Shown here in pieces: positions 48,750-61,502 of a stretch of DNA of 64,000 bases. Every line of letters begins with the position of its first letter. Within the stretch, counting starts at the first letter, position 1. The DNA is from Lingula anatina (Eukaryota > Animalia > Brachiopoda): positions 2,728,001-2,792,000 of the forward strand of contig CM120647.1 of the NCBI GenBank assembly GCA_051362555.1, in the 5' to 3' direction. A program made the position numbers and the translations under genes. The notes beneath the pieces are model-generated. The model was not told the DNA's origin, made no database searches, and worked only from the letters and a program-made list of their open reading frames with translations.

Positions 48750-51700
48750 TAGTAATATACAGACTATTCAAGCTGTCGTTATCCACTTCATGTATGTTGA
48801 CAGCACCTCTTCTCTTTTAAAGTAGTTGTTGATACTTGTCTTTAAAAGTAACTGTGAGCTATATAAAGACCATTAGTTTAAATTGCAAGTTTTTATCATC
48901 AGACTCCATGTAGAGGAGGTCATATTTATTGTACCACCAGCATAGGCTCTGGCAGTACACATAGTTTTAGTCCCAACCTGTCTGTTCCGCTGCCACATCA
49001 TCATATTGCCAGTGTTCCCGAAAAACTTTGGGCACCAGTCTGACATTTTCTGATCATGTCAGACATTTGAAAAGCATATCAATTTTCATGTTTTAATTAT
49101 AAAGACAAGTCCAATAACAACAGCAGCACACTGAGAAATAGTGGCCTTATTTTTCAGCATGTTACAGTCTGTGACTTAAACTTTTCAGCTTTCTGGCCAT
49201 TCGAATCACCAATTTCTTAAAATCTACTGGTCTGACTAAAAATTTACTGGTCAAAAAAAAAAAAAAAAAAACAGCCAACTGGACATTTATCTCTATTACA
49301 TCAATACTAGTTATAGCAAGACCTTGATTTAATTGTCAAATCTTTCTGGATTTAGAATTACATTGTACATATAAAATTTTGGAATTCAAAAAAATATCAA
49401 TCAAATTGAAAATATCTTCTGAAAACAATAATATTTTGGTAGAATAAATGTACTGCCTGAAAAATCTTCTAAAAGTAAATAATTGTACTGGATATTTATG
49501 TAATACATACATTAAACTCTTCCATGTGTACACGCAAAATACTGGTAGTAAGAAAATGCAAAATGCTTATCTACAATTGTTTATGTTTTTAAAATCCTTA
49601 TTTATTTTAAAAATTGCAAGAGAAAGCCATGTAATGGTGCTCAGATGTTGCTTTAATTATATCATATTTATTATTAATAATAACTAACCTTAAATTTTAA
49701 TCACTATGTAAATATTTGAAATTTATTTTAAATTAAACTTTTATCACATAAATTACCAATTGAAAATATCAAATATGATAAATACACATGAACATAATGA
49801 TCCAATATGCATGTTGGATTGAAAAAAAAAAGCTATTTATATCATCTCACATTTATTTTTAAAATCCACTATTCGCTTTAAAAAAAAAAAAAGTTTACAC
49901 CGTTTTAATCACTGTACTTTATGGCAGCTGAGCAGGAATCAAAACGATATCTGCCTTGGTCAGCTACAGGTAGGAAGACAGGGATCTTCACCACTGTATC
50001 TGCACTGTCGACATGTGTTCACCCCTCAACTCGGTGGCTTGTATTAACTGGCCTGAACCGGTTCAGCAGTGGTAGGCCAAAAGTGTAGTAGTGGGGAATA
50101 CACATCGGTGTCATTTTTTTTTTTTTTTACTATACGTTTGAGTTATTTGGGAGAATCCGATTAAGAGTCCAAGCATGGATATTCAATTTGGGATCAAAAC
50201 AATAAAGTAAGTTCCAGTAGACTATGCATTTGCTTTAAGTTAATAAAAAGTTGTACAAACAATGCATGAAACCCCAGAATTTCGCAGGTAGGCTAAAAAA
50301 TGCTCATTAGGGCAAAAGTTATTTTAAAAGTATGAATTCATGACCTACTTTTTTGTGCTGGAGCTTCAGTTCATGCAGTGGCAAAAAGCACTGACAAGTG
50401 GGCCAGGACTTAGTATTTTAAATGCTCTGCTTTTTGATAATACAGACATTGTGACTGATATGTTGACGTTACAAGTCGGACATTTTCTATTTGTGCCAGA
50501 TTTGTCCGGCTGTCCGATGGTTTTTCTGGAACACTGTACTGCTTCTCCTCCTAGACTACGGGCCTTGGATTTAGGTCACTTTTAATCTCAACTCGATCCG
50601 CGTAAAATTTGGGCTTCATCAGTGCTGGGGTCTAGGTGTGGTACTCATTACAGTGCACCCTTGTCCAAAGTTTGCAAAATTAAATGCTCAATATCTCCTA
50701 AACCAAAGGAATTATAGGAAAATTTTCTACAGATGGCTGACCAAAAGTTATATGTGGAGATTTCAAATATGCCCATCGATTTGACCTTTATTTCAAGGTG
50801 AAACAGGCCAAAATTTTCTAAAAATGGGAATTTTTTACAAAAAAAAAAAAATTTTTTTTGTGCAGATATTCAGAAACAACACAGACCTCACCTATAATAT
50901 TATTGGCAGGTGTTACCATTAGGGTCCTCTTTCATCTCCTTGAGTTTGGGGTCAATCGGTGCATGTTCACGGAAGCAGCTGCCATTGGATGCCGAAACTG
51001 AAAACTCTCTCTAATTCTGGAACTGTTAATGCTAGAGACCTCTTTTTTGCATTAGATAGAGCATGTCAGGCTCAACACTGGAAGTGGCATGGTTTTTTTT
51101 CCCCCCATACGATTTACAAGTCAAACTTACTAAATAGATTCTTAGGCTAGAAGCGCAGCTTGTGTTGGAAAATCAGCGTGATTGCTTTCTGTTTCACAAA
51201 GTTTGAACAGCAGCTTTATTGGAATTTTTTTTTCTTTTTTAATTTATTATTATTATTCAAACACTGGCATTTTCAAGATGTGATTTTAACTCCTATCCAC
51301 CTGAAGCTCTGTACATTTTCTGCATTTCTACATAAGTAATAGTATTGGTGTTTGTCTTCAAATATTATGTAGAAGTATTTAATGCCCTGTCATCATTTTT
51401 CACATATTGGGATTTTCATTATGTGAATTTGAACTCTCATGGTCCTGAAACTGTTATCTTATTGACCATATTTACCTGTTGTGCATGATTTAAATTCAGT
51501 GTTGATTGGCTGTGCTGTTATTCCATAATTATTTATTATTGCATCAAAATTGACAAAATTACATATTTTCTGCATGTGTATTTTTCTGCTTTTTGTCTGT
51601 ACATTTGACAGCTTTGTTGCCTTGTATTCTGTTGTCATCAAGTTTATTTGCAATAATTTTACATATAAAACCCAGGCACTATCATAGATGTCATGGGTTC

Positions 51701-54700
51701 ATGAGGGTGAGCTACTCTTAAGAATATGAGGAAGTGAGAAGATTTGCGGTGGCTACCCATTGACAAGATCTAGTTTTAGATGTAGATCAAATGAACTGTT
51801 AAAGAAACTGAGTGATTGATACTACTAATATTTCTACTGAGTATATTCATTGCTTTGATTTTTGTTTCTCATTATCAAGTAAATATGATTTTCTATAGTA
51901 AACAGTAATATCACATGTAAAGAGAATGTAATTGAGCAGTAAGGACCTTAGAATGTGTGCATGTAAATAGAATTTAAAATGACATTAAATGATGTTTTGT
52001 GAATAGGTGAATTAGTAAAATTTGCAACATTTTGTTATTATTTGTTCCTCTGCGAACACAAAGAAATTGCATTCTATCTGTTTCATGCATACATATATGT
52101 TTTAGTTGTTTTGAATCTCTGTAAAAAGTTTTATCTGCTTACTAGCAGATGACTTGAAGCTTTAAGCAAACTTATGGTTAAGTCCTCTTCTGATGTGTTT
52201 GTTTGTAATTACAGCTGGTGAAGATGAGGAAGATGACTTGGAAGATGATGAAGGAAAGGATGTTCAGGGCATTGTGTTCTCATCACTACGGTAAAAGTGA
52301 CAGTCACATAGTGCTTTTTTTTCTGAAAACTATAGATTTTCTTAAATGTGAAACTCAGGGATATAAAACGGGATACAAAGCATTTTTAGTTGGAAATTAT
52401 TCACAAAAACAGCACTTTCACAGCATCAAACACGGCAAATAAACAAGATCTATTTCAAATTTAACCTCTAACAAGTGCCCAGTGCGTAAAAATAAAGAAC
52501 TAGAAATTGCATTTACATCCCGCGATTGTAACATACCCGCGTGTCACGTGACTTAGATACTAGCATATGAATGAATGGACAGGAAGAAGTGTGGAAAAAT
52601 TGCTCAGTTATTTGGCAGAGTGAGCAGGCGTACCACATGACTGCCCTGATTTAACAAGTCGGTGCAGTGGACGATGCAAAGAAAAAAACATTTTAGCACA
52701 TAAAAGGGATAAAAAGCAGAAGGAAGTACAACACAAAAGTTGCACAAATAAAAGTAGGATTATAATAGAGAGGGTAATACCATGTCAGCAGAGATAAATA
52801 AGAAGTTTAATGTTTGGAAACCTTGCACTGTGGCAGCGTCAAATGATGCAATTGCCACACTGGTTGGGAAGCCCTGATAGTATTAGTAGTTTTCAAAGAC
52901 AGCAGAGTGTAAAACTGAATGCAAATAGGGGACAAAAAAGGAAGTTAAAATTTTGTTTAAATGAATAATAAATACATCTAATGCTGATGATTATATAAGA
53001 TAATTTTAGACACCACTCTTATGTCATCTGAACAATTATGATAGCACCCTCCTTCGGTTTGTATGCCCCTTTAAAATTCTCAATATATTAATGTGTAAAG
53101 GTAAACAGTAATGATTGCCAGTTTGTAGGATGTGCCGTAGGGCCTGAATCCATAGATGCTTTAGTTGGTAGTGTAGGCCACTGTGCTTGGTGAGGGTGGG
53201 ATGTTCATTTGGCTCATCATTCCTCTTTCATTCTTCATCAAAACCCTGCAGTCCCGTTTGTGGAGGATCATAATGTTTTTTTTTGGGTGAAAAATATGGG
53301 AGGAGTTGTGTAGCTGGGTGAGTCATCTGGCACAGTAGTATGTGTCTTCCTGCACAGACTCATCATATGGCAAAGATGTCAACTCAAAATTAGTTCACCT
53401 GAAGACCTGAATTGTGATAATGTCAAATCTCTGTTCTGCATTTCATCCAGTATTAGAATCAATTTTTATTATCTTAGTATAATATAACTGAGTAAATCAA
53501 AACTGTTGAGCTTATTATTTTTCATTATAAAAAGAATACTGTGCAAAAGAGGCTACTGTTGAAAAATGTTGTTGGGGTATTATAGATCATTTCAGTATAA
53601 TATTTTGTTATTTTTTGTATTCAGAATGAAGCATCCTGATTTGAAGGAGAAATTGAAAGAATTCAAGAAACATCTTATGATGAGTAGCAATGAGCTATCC
53701 CCTCTGAAAGTTTGGCAGTTACAGGGTATGTACAAAAGTTTTTCATATAGGTGTCATTATTAGATTGGTGGATGAATTTTCAAAGTGAGTTTTGTAATCT
53801 TTTTGGCTAGAGGGTGGGGCAATGCAATCAGACAGTGGGTTTAGAAATATGGAGTTATAAAAAAAGTAATACTACATTATACAGCTTGCAATTAACTCCT
53901 TATAGTGTGTAATCATTATATATATATATAATGATAGTAATATTATGTGCCAGCATATGCTGGCAAAAATATACACATATATTAGGATATGACAGTAGGC
54001 TACAATACCTAGCACTAAAATATAATTATATAAAATATAATTTAGATGAGTAGTTAAACTACACGAAACTTTCCATTTATGATTAATAAGTGATCAGAAT
54101 AATGATTTTAGTAATAATAGAAACTGGGTGCAATTCAGTTGAGATATATCTCTTAATTAACATATATTAAATAAAAACAGTTCCAAATGGTTTGTCAAAT
54201 AACTTTTCTTTTTCCTGAGAAATCCCTCTAAAATTATTTAACTGGTTTTTTAAGCATTATGATAAACTGGTTTGGTAGCCTTAGATCATTTTCTATGGTT
54301 TTTAGGTGTATTGAATAGGTTCATTATCCAGTCAGGGTGACAAACACACATGCCTGTCATGCAAAACATGCAAAACACTGTTTTTTTTTTTCTAAGGGTA
54401 TTTCTTCAGAACGTATATTATGTTCACACATGGTGACTTTGTATCTTAATCCCATCCTGCCAGTCATTCTGATGCTCAAGATCATTTCCCCATATAAGAA
54501 AGTTGGCCCACGACACAGTGGTGCTGTTGTCCGACAGGGCTGCACTGAACCAAATAACACTCTTTTGCAGGAAAAAAGGGTTGATTGACAAATGTCAACA
54601 TGTAATTTCCATTTATTTTATCAAAGATTTCCTTTGCAATATTGCTTTGACTTACTACTCTATGCCTACCACAGATTTCTGTGTAGTCTTGGTAACAAAT

Positions 54701-57700
54701 AGCACTAAAACAAGAATTAGTTTCAGCAAATGTGCACTGCTTGAAATTGTATGTCTGTTTGGTTTAGATTTCACGTCATTGGATTCTTTCTTTGAAGCAG
54801 GTAAAATGTCACTTAATATCTTAACAACAACTGTACAAAGATATAGAGTTGTAAATTTGTGACAGTCCTGTCAGTTTCTAATAAAGAGTATTATGTATAT
54901 GAGTATATTGTTGTCAGAGTACAGAAGTGTTGTGAACATGGTTTTGTAAGCACAACATAAAAGTATTGATTAATATATTACATAATTGGGCCCCGTAACT
55001 CGAAAGTATCACGCATTGCGACCAAGGGCAAGCGTCTTGATTCCATAACTTGCCCATGCTCGGCCCCATATAATACATTGTAGCCTCTATGTGATATCGC
55101 TATTGGCAATACGTGATGCTTTCGAGTTACGGGGTCCTTGTATGAAGTCTAGTGAATTGTAAAAAAAAAAAAGATGATTGTTCTATCTAGTGACCATGAG
55201 CTATTTAGCATGCTATCACTGCACAAAAGCCTTTTTCTTTCCCTCAGGTGATTTGACTTGAATCCATTGATTTGTTCTGCTCTGTCATCCAACACTTATT
55301 ACTGATATGCAAAGCAGACATGTTTCAGTGTCTCACTTCAAAATTTATGTTCACATTTGTCTCTTGCAGAATAGTTTCAAAGTTAAGGCCTCAGATATAT
55401 TTTCAGGATGATCAGTTTTTTCAACTTTCACCCATGTAACCAAAATGTTCATACAAGTTTTCCCCAAAGCTTGGTCTTTTTTTTTTTTTTTTACAGACCT
55501 GAGTTTTCAGACAGCTGAGAAAGTGCTGAGCTCAGCAGATGAAGATATGTTGGAAACATTACAAGATCTCAGTCAAAATTTTCCATCTCGAGCCATGTAA
55601 GGGTCTCTCTCTCTCTCTCTCTCTCCCTCATTAACTCTTACTTTTCTAATTGGCATTATTGCTATACATTCTGGACAGGGTTGGAACTATCTGAAAGAAT
55701 ATCATTGAACATTTGCATGCCTTGCCTATCAGTATATTTATAGATGTGTTAAGAGGGGCATTTGCTGTATAGCAGTAAAGGTCACAGCAAAGACTGCACA
55801 CTTCTGTCAGTGAGAACATGACTTAATATGTTGCCTGTCTCAAGGAGGATGATTTTGATTGTTTGTCTGTTAGCAATAATATAATGCAAAATGTTATAGA
55901 TGGATTTTGATGAAATTTTCAAGATAAGCCAGGAAACGGACTAATCATTTTATGTTAACTTATTGATTAATTTAATTGTTTGAATCAATGATAATCATGA
56001 GGAGTGAGTTGTCTTGGCATACTCTCTGAGATTAATTTTCTAGGTCTCTGGCTAAAGTCAGTGTCAAAGATGACATGCGTAAGGAGGTAAAGCAAAACCA
56101 AAAGGTGGGTCCATTATCTGCAAAATGGTGTCATATTATAGATATTCACTCATGTATGTCTGATAGATAAATGGAACGTAGGAGTACATTTCCAGACTTA
56201 CATATCATTGTAATTTTTCTAAAAACTACTTTTTTATAAATGGTGTATATTATTGTAATTTTACTAAAATCTACTCTTTCATAAATGGTATATATCATTG
56301 TAAATTTTTTAAATACTACTCTTTCATTAATGACATATATCATTGTAAATTATTTAAAAAATACTCTTTCATCGATGGTAATCCAGTTTAAGTCTTTAAG
56401 GATTAAGATCGGGTGGCAGGAACATGGCTTTCTTCTTAACCAACCAAGATTTACAATAAAAAGCTAATTTCAACAGCTATATTCATTTTACATCATTATT
56501 TCATTATGTAATTGTTACGTATAACACTAAGTAGGTTTTCTCAAAGAAAGATTTAGACAAGTGTCAAAACTAATTAGAACCTACAACCAATGAAAGATTG
56601 CATTTATATGCAAGATCTAAGATTTGTCTTACACAATGTGCCTGGGACTTAATTATACCAGCTCTGTTTTTTACGGGTGTATCATTGAAGTGGTCATTTT
56701 ATAAATTGGGATATGTTTGGTAATTAAACATGTATCAAGAATATGAGACACATTTCTGTTAAAGCCAAAGGGGCTAAAAAAGTATGCTGTGTAAATGTAA
56801 TTGTAGCACACTCAAGTTTTCAAGGTATATCTCCTTATGTTACCATTATGTAATTAAATAATAATATGAAATATGCCATATGATTAGTGCTGCATTCTTA
56901 GCCAGTCCATTCTTAATTAATTGCAGTATTTTGAGCAGTATTTGAACATTCTCCCTGGGGAATCAGCTCTATTCTTCAATGGCCTACAATATGACCTTGA
57001 TATCAGTGATGTGTTCACTTTGCTGGATACATTACGAGCTGATGCCAAGATTATGGAAGGCTTATACAGTATGGGTATTAAGGTAAGTAGTTTGTGCTTC
57101 GATTCTATACCAAAAAGAAAAATGGAACATGGTAGTCAAGCCTGTCTTAAAAAGTTGCCAAAGTAGGTAGATAATGGTTAAGTTGATTTGAATTAAGAAT
57201 GATATGTGCTAAATATTTGAATCTGAGATTAACTTTTGGCAAAAAGCTGTGGTTTTATTAAATTTCAGTTTCTTGTAAATATAAAATAACTCCGTGGCCA
57301 AAGTTACTTGGCACTACCTATCTCTCTACACTAGTGCTGACCAGGATTTGCCTTACTGACAGCTGGGAGACCAGCTTCAGTTGACATCATGCATGTGTTG
57401 ATCATAATCAGGAAGCCTGCTGAGAGGAGGTGCAGCAAAATAGGTCAAAACAGTTTTTCTTTAGGTGTTCAAATAGTGTTTTGCTTGCTATCCTATATCC
57501 TGTAATACTTATATGCTGTTTGATGTATTAGGGTGAAAGCCTAAGTAGCCTCCTTAAGCTTGACTTGAAAGAAACAGGTACCAGTTATGCTGTAGATATC
57601 CGGAATGGGCCCATACAGGTAAGCCAGAGAAAGTTTTTACCCAGAAAGTTGAAGGGGCAAAAAATCAAACAATCAATTTATGGATAAATAAACATCAGTA

Positions 57701-60700
57701 GTTGGTAGACAGATGAAAGGAATGATATATGGACAGTCAGGGAAGGGGTGAAGAGATGACAGGCCTTATTAATGGATTAGGAGTTTACTAACACTACCTG
57801 CAGATCTTTCAGCACTAACACCTATATTAACCACATAAACTGCAAATTAACCACCACTACCAGAGCGGATGAATATTAGTGCTTGGAATCGCGTTGGTGT
57901 GCTGGTTGATTCACTGGTTATTTGGTTAATATGGTGTTAGTGCTAAAAGAACTTTGGGTAGTGTTAGTAAACACGTAATCCATTTTTAAGGCCTGGATGG
58001 AGAAGCTAATAATATCTGGGCAGACAGGGAACAAAGGGTATGAATAATTCCAGATGGGTTACTCTCTAACTGGAATGATTGGATTTGTTATAAGGTCGAC
58101 ATAAGGTTGTGCATATAGAGATAGAGCTTTATGTTGGGTGACTCCTGTTTTGACCTAAAATATAATTTTGTAAAAGAACAAAGTCATTAAAATGAATAGA
58201 TTATTTATTCACCTAGATAGACTCAGATAATACCTGTATTTCAGTATATCAATGATCTTGAGAAGGACAGAAGATACCAGCAATGGCCCAGCAGTGTTCA
58301 GGACATGCTCAGACCCACCTTCCCTGGGATGCTAAGACATGTCGCCAAAAACTTTTTTACAATGGTCAGTGTTTTCTTAAATACCAATTCTTTAGTAATG
58401 TTTTCTTCAAATTTTGATATAATCTCTTCAGTACAATTTTTATGGTTTTAACAACTAGAAAAGCATTTAATATGAAACATTATTTCATATGTTGTACAGA
58501 AAATAAATAGGAATGGTGACCTAAGTAATCTTCATTTCAGTTTATCTTAATGCCTAAAACTACTTTTACTTGTTTAATATATACAAACTATTCGTATTCA
58601 GATTATGTGTCTGTGTCATCTCCGTAGCTGTTATCTTTGCTTATGCTGTCTGACATTTGTTCAAACCACATTTGCCAGACCATATTTCCAGCCCCCATTC
58701 TTCCCAGGAAAGAATATAGCTGCTTTTCATTTATCTATTTGAGGCATTTATACATTTCTTGAATATTTTACTGATAATAAGAAAGAAGACAAAAAGCATA
58801 ATAAAAACAAAGGTATTGGCTAATTATTACATGATTCAGGAAGCTCACTTACCAGCATAAACAGCCATGAGAGGTTACCTGAAAGGGATAGCAACTGTTT
58901 GTATGAGATCATTTCACAATGAATACATTGTAAACAAGTCGGAGAATATATAATAAATTCCATTTTACCACCAAAACACTGATTATCACAATTTTTCTGG
59001 AATCTGTTCTTGCCATAAGACCACTTGGACTATCTTCGAATGTCCCAATAGATTCATTAACCTTTGGTAAGAATGTATCTTCTTTATTATCAGTGTCTTC
59101 TTTTTTGGCCAAAACATACAGTTGCTATTGCTTAAAATCATAAAATTGAAAAGATGCAAGTTTTGTAAATTTGCCATTGCATATCATTTTTAAGTAAACA
59201 AATAGCACCATTTTATTAGTTTTACATCATTTGATCTAAGTGAGTTTTTGAATAACAGGTCAAGTAAATAATAATAATGAAACTGAAAAAAAAGAAAATA
59301 ATTTTCCAAGGGGTAGTGGGGAAACAATTTAAAATGACAATAAGTTCATCAAAAGGACACCTGTATGAGTGAGATTATCTGTTTACCCCACCCTGTGATG
59401 CACCTTAATTATTGGGGGAGAGAGGGGTACCAGGGGGAGAGAGGGGTACAAGGGGGAAAGAGTGGGTACCAGGGGGAGAGAGGGGTACCGGGGGGAGAGA
59501 GGGGCACCAGGGGGAGAGAGGGGTACCTGGGGGAGGTAGGGGTACCAGAGGGAGGGAGGGGTACCAGGGGGAGGCAGGGGTACCAGGGTGAGAGAGGGGT
59601 ACCAGGGGAGGGAGGGGTACCAGGGGGAGAGAGGGGTACCTGGGGGAGGGAGGGGTACCTGGGGGAGGGAGGGGTAAAACAATAACAAGAGTCAGTTCAT
59701 GAAAGGGATACCTGGATAAGTAAGATTATCTGTTTACCCACCTCTGCCTGGAGATACATTTTGATTAAAGGCAGGCGCTTTAATTTTTCTCAGTTTCACA
59801 TTGTTCATTCCTATAGTAGTATTCATTACAGGGGTGCATTGTCCTGATACTCTTTAGATTGGTGTTCATTTTCTGTTTATCATTATGTAATAACACATAG
59901 AATTAACAAAAAGCTTATTTTGTGCAGTGCTGCCATAAACAATATTAAATGAAAATTGTGTTACTTATTATTCTTCAACTTACATGAATGATTCTAGGGA
60001 CTGAAAGATGTATCAAATTGTGGCACAAATATTGGTGATGATTATGCTTAAAATGCACTTAAAACTATAATAAACACTTGCATCAATTATTTCCGCTCTG
60101 CTTGGTGTTTGTACATTTGGCACCTTTGCTGCCTTGTTTTATGAAAATTATTGGACTACTTATTTCATTGGACCTATTAGGCTTTGGAATATTTTTGACT
60201 TGAAAATGTCCCAAATTTTGTTTTAGATAACTGGCAGTATCTTTTTTCCATCTTTCTTACCTTTTTTTGTGACTTATTTAGATATTGTTGTTGAATCATA
60301 ATTTATTAATTGCAATGTGAAATGAAGTGTGCATGGTATATAGAATGAGAACTTGTGTAAAAAAAGGCATGGTTTGAGGGGCAGATAATCCACTGTTCAT
60401 AAACTTTTTCCATGTTTAGTGCAATGTGCCAGTTTATTTAAATGGAACAATAGTAACGAATATGTTTATAAAGTGAATGCATATTTGATAGCTTTTACCT
60501 ACTAGTATTGCATGTATTAATGACAAAAACATTTATTAACTTCTGATATGTCCTCACAAGGTATTTATGGTGGATCCTTCCCAGCCAGATGCCAGAGATT
60601 TGCTGAAGATGGCAGAATCATTCTATGTGCACAATGCCCCAATCAGGTAAAACATTCAATGTCACATTGTACTCTTTTAGTCATCTGGGCCCGGTTGCAC

Positions 60701-61462
60701 CAACAGGGCGTAAATTTACTTGGCTACGACTGTCGTAAACTGCAATGCCTGGCGTCCGTGCGCCAGGTTTACTCTCCCTGCTTACGCCCGTTGCACCAAG
60801 ACAAAAACTGATCGTCGCAACTACGCCCAAGTAACGCTCCGTTGCATCACTGGCCAACAATACGTGGATGGTATAATTGGGCAAATGAGGAGTTCTCAGC
60901 TGCAGTCACAATGGAATGATGACATAAATAAACACAAAAGGAGTATTTCAGTGACGGAGAAATTATTCCATTTTGATTTAGAAATAAGAACGTTAAAATA
61001 CGTTAACTTTGCTGTTTGCCATGGATATATAGCAATAAAATCGTAAATATATTCTGAATCAAAATATTATTATAGTGTGCTATGTATGCTATTATAGTAT
61101 GCTGTTGTAAATGAGAAAAACGCGTTGGAGGCAGTACATATTTCTATTAATGGATTTGAACACCTTCACATTTGTAATCGAAACTATTGAGTCTGAAAAT
61201 AATGCAAAAAAGCCAGCATTGCTTTCTTTTTAAAATTTTACAACAGTGCCGACGATTTCATGACGCTGAGGGTTGCCAATTCTTGAAGAAGGCATCGACC
61301 TTCGATTTTTTTCATGGTTAGTTATGGTTTGTCAAAAATTGTGAAAAGAATTAAAGAAACCGTACTGCTGAGAGCCAAGGCGTGTAGACATGAGTGGTAA
61401 GATTTAATTTGAACACATGCATATACATGTACATGGCTACACACATAATGCATTTAATAATC

Positions 61463-61502
<40 letters not shown>

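Noticed and set aside
59365-59688. Gly-rich and Pro-rich collagen-like ORFs
   Set aside because: Translation of a 19-bp minisatellite, whose period is not a multiple of 3
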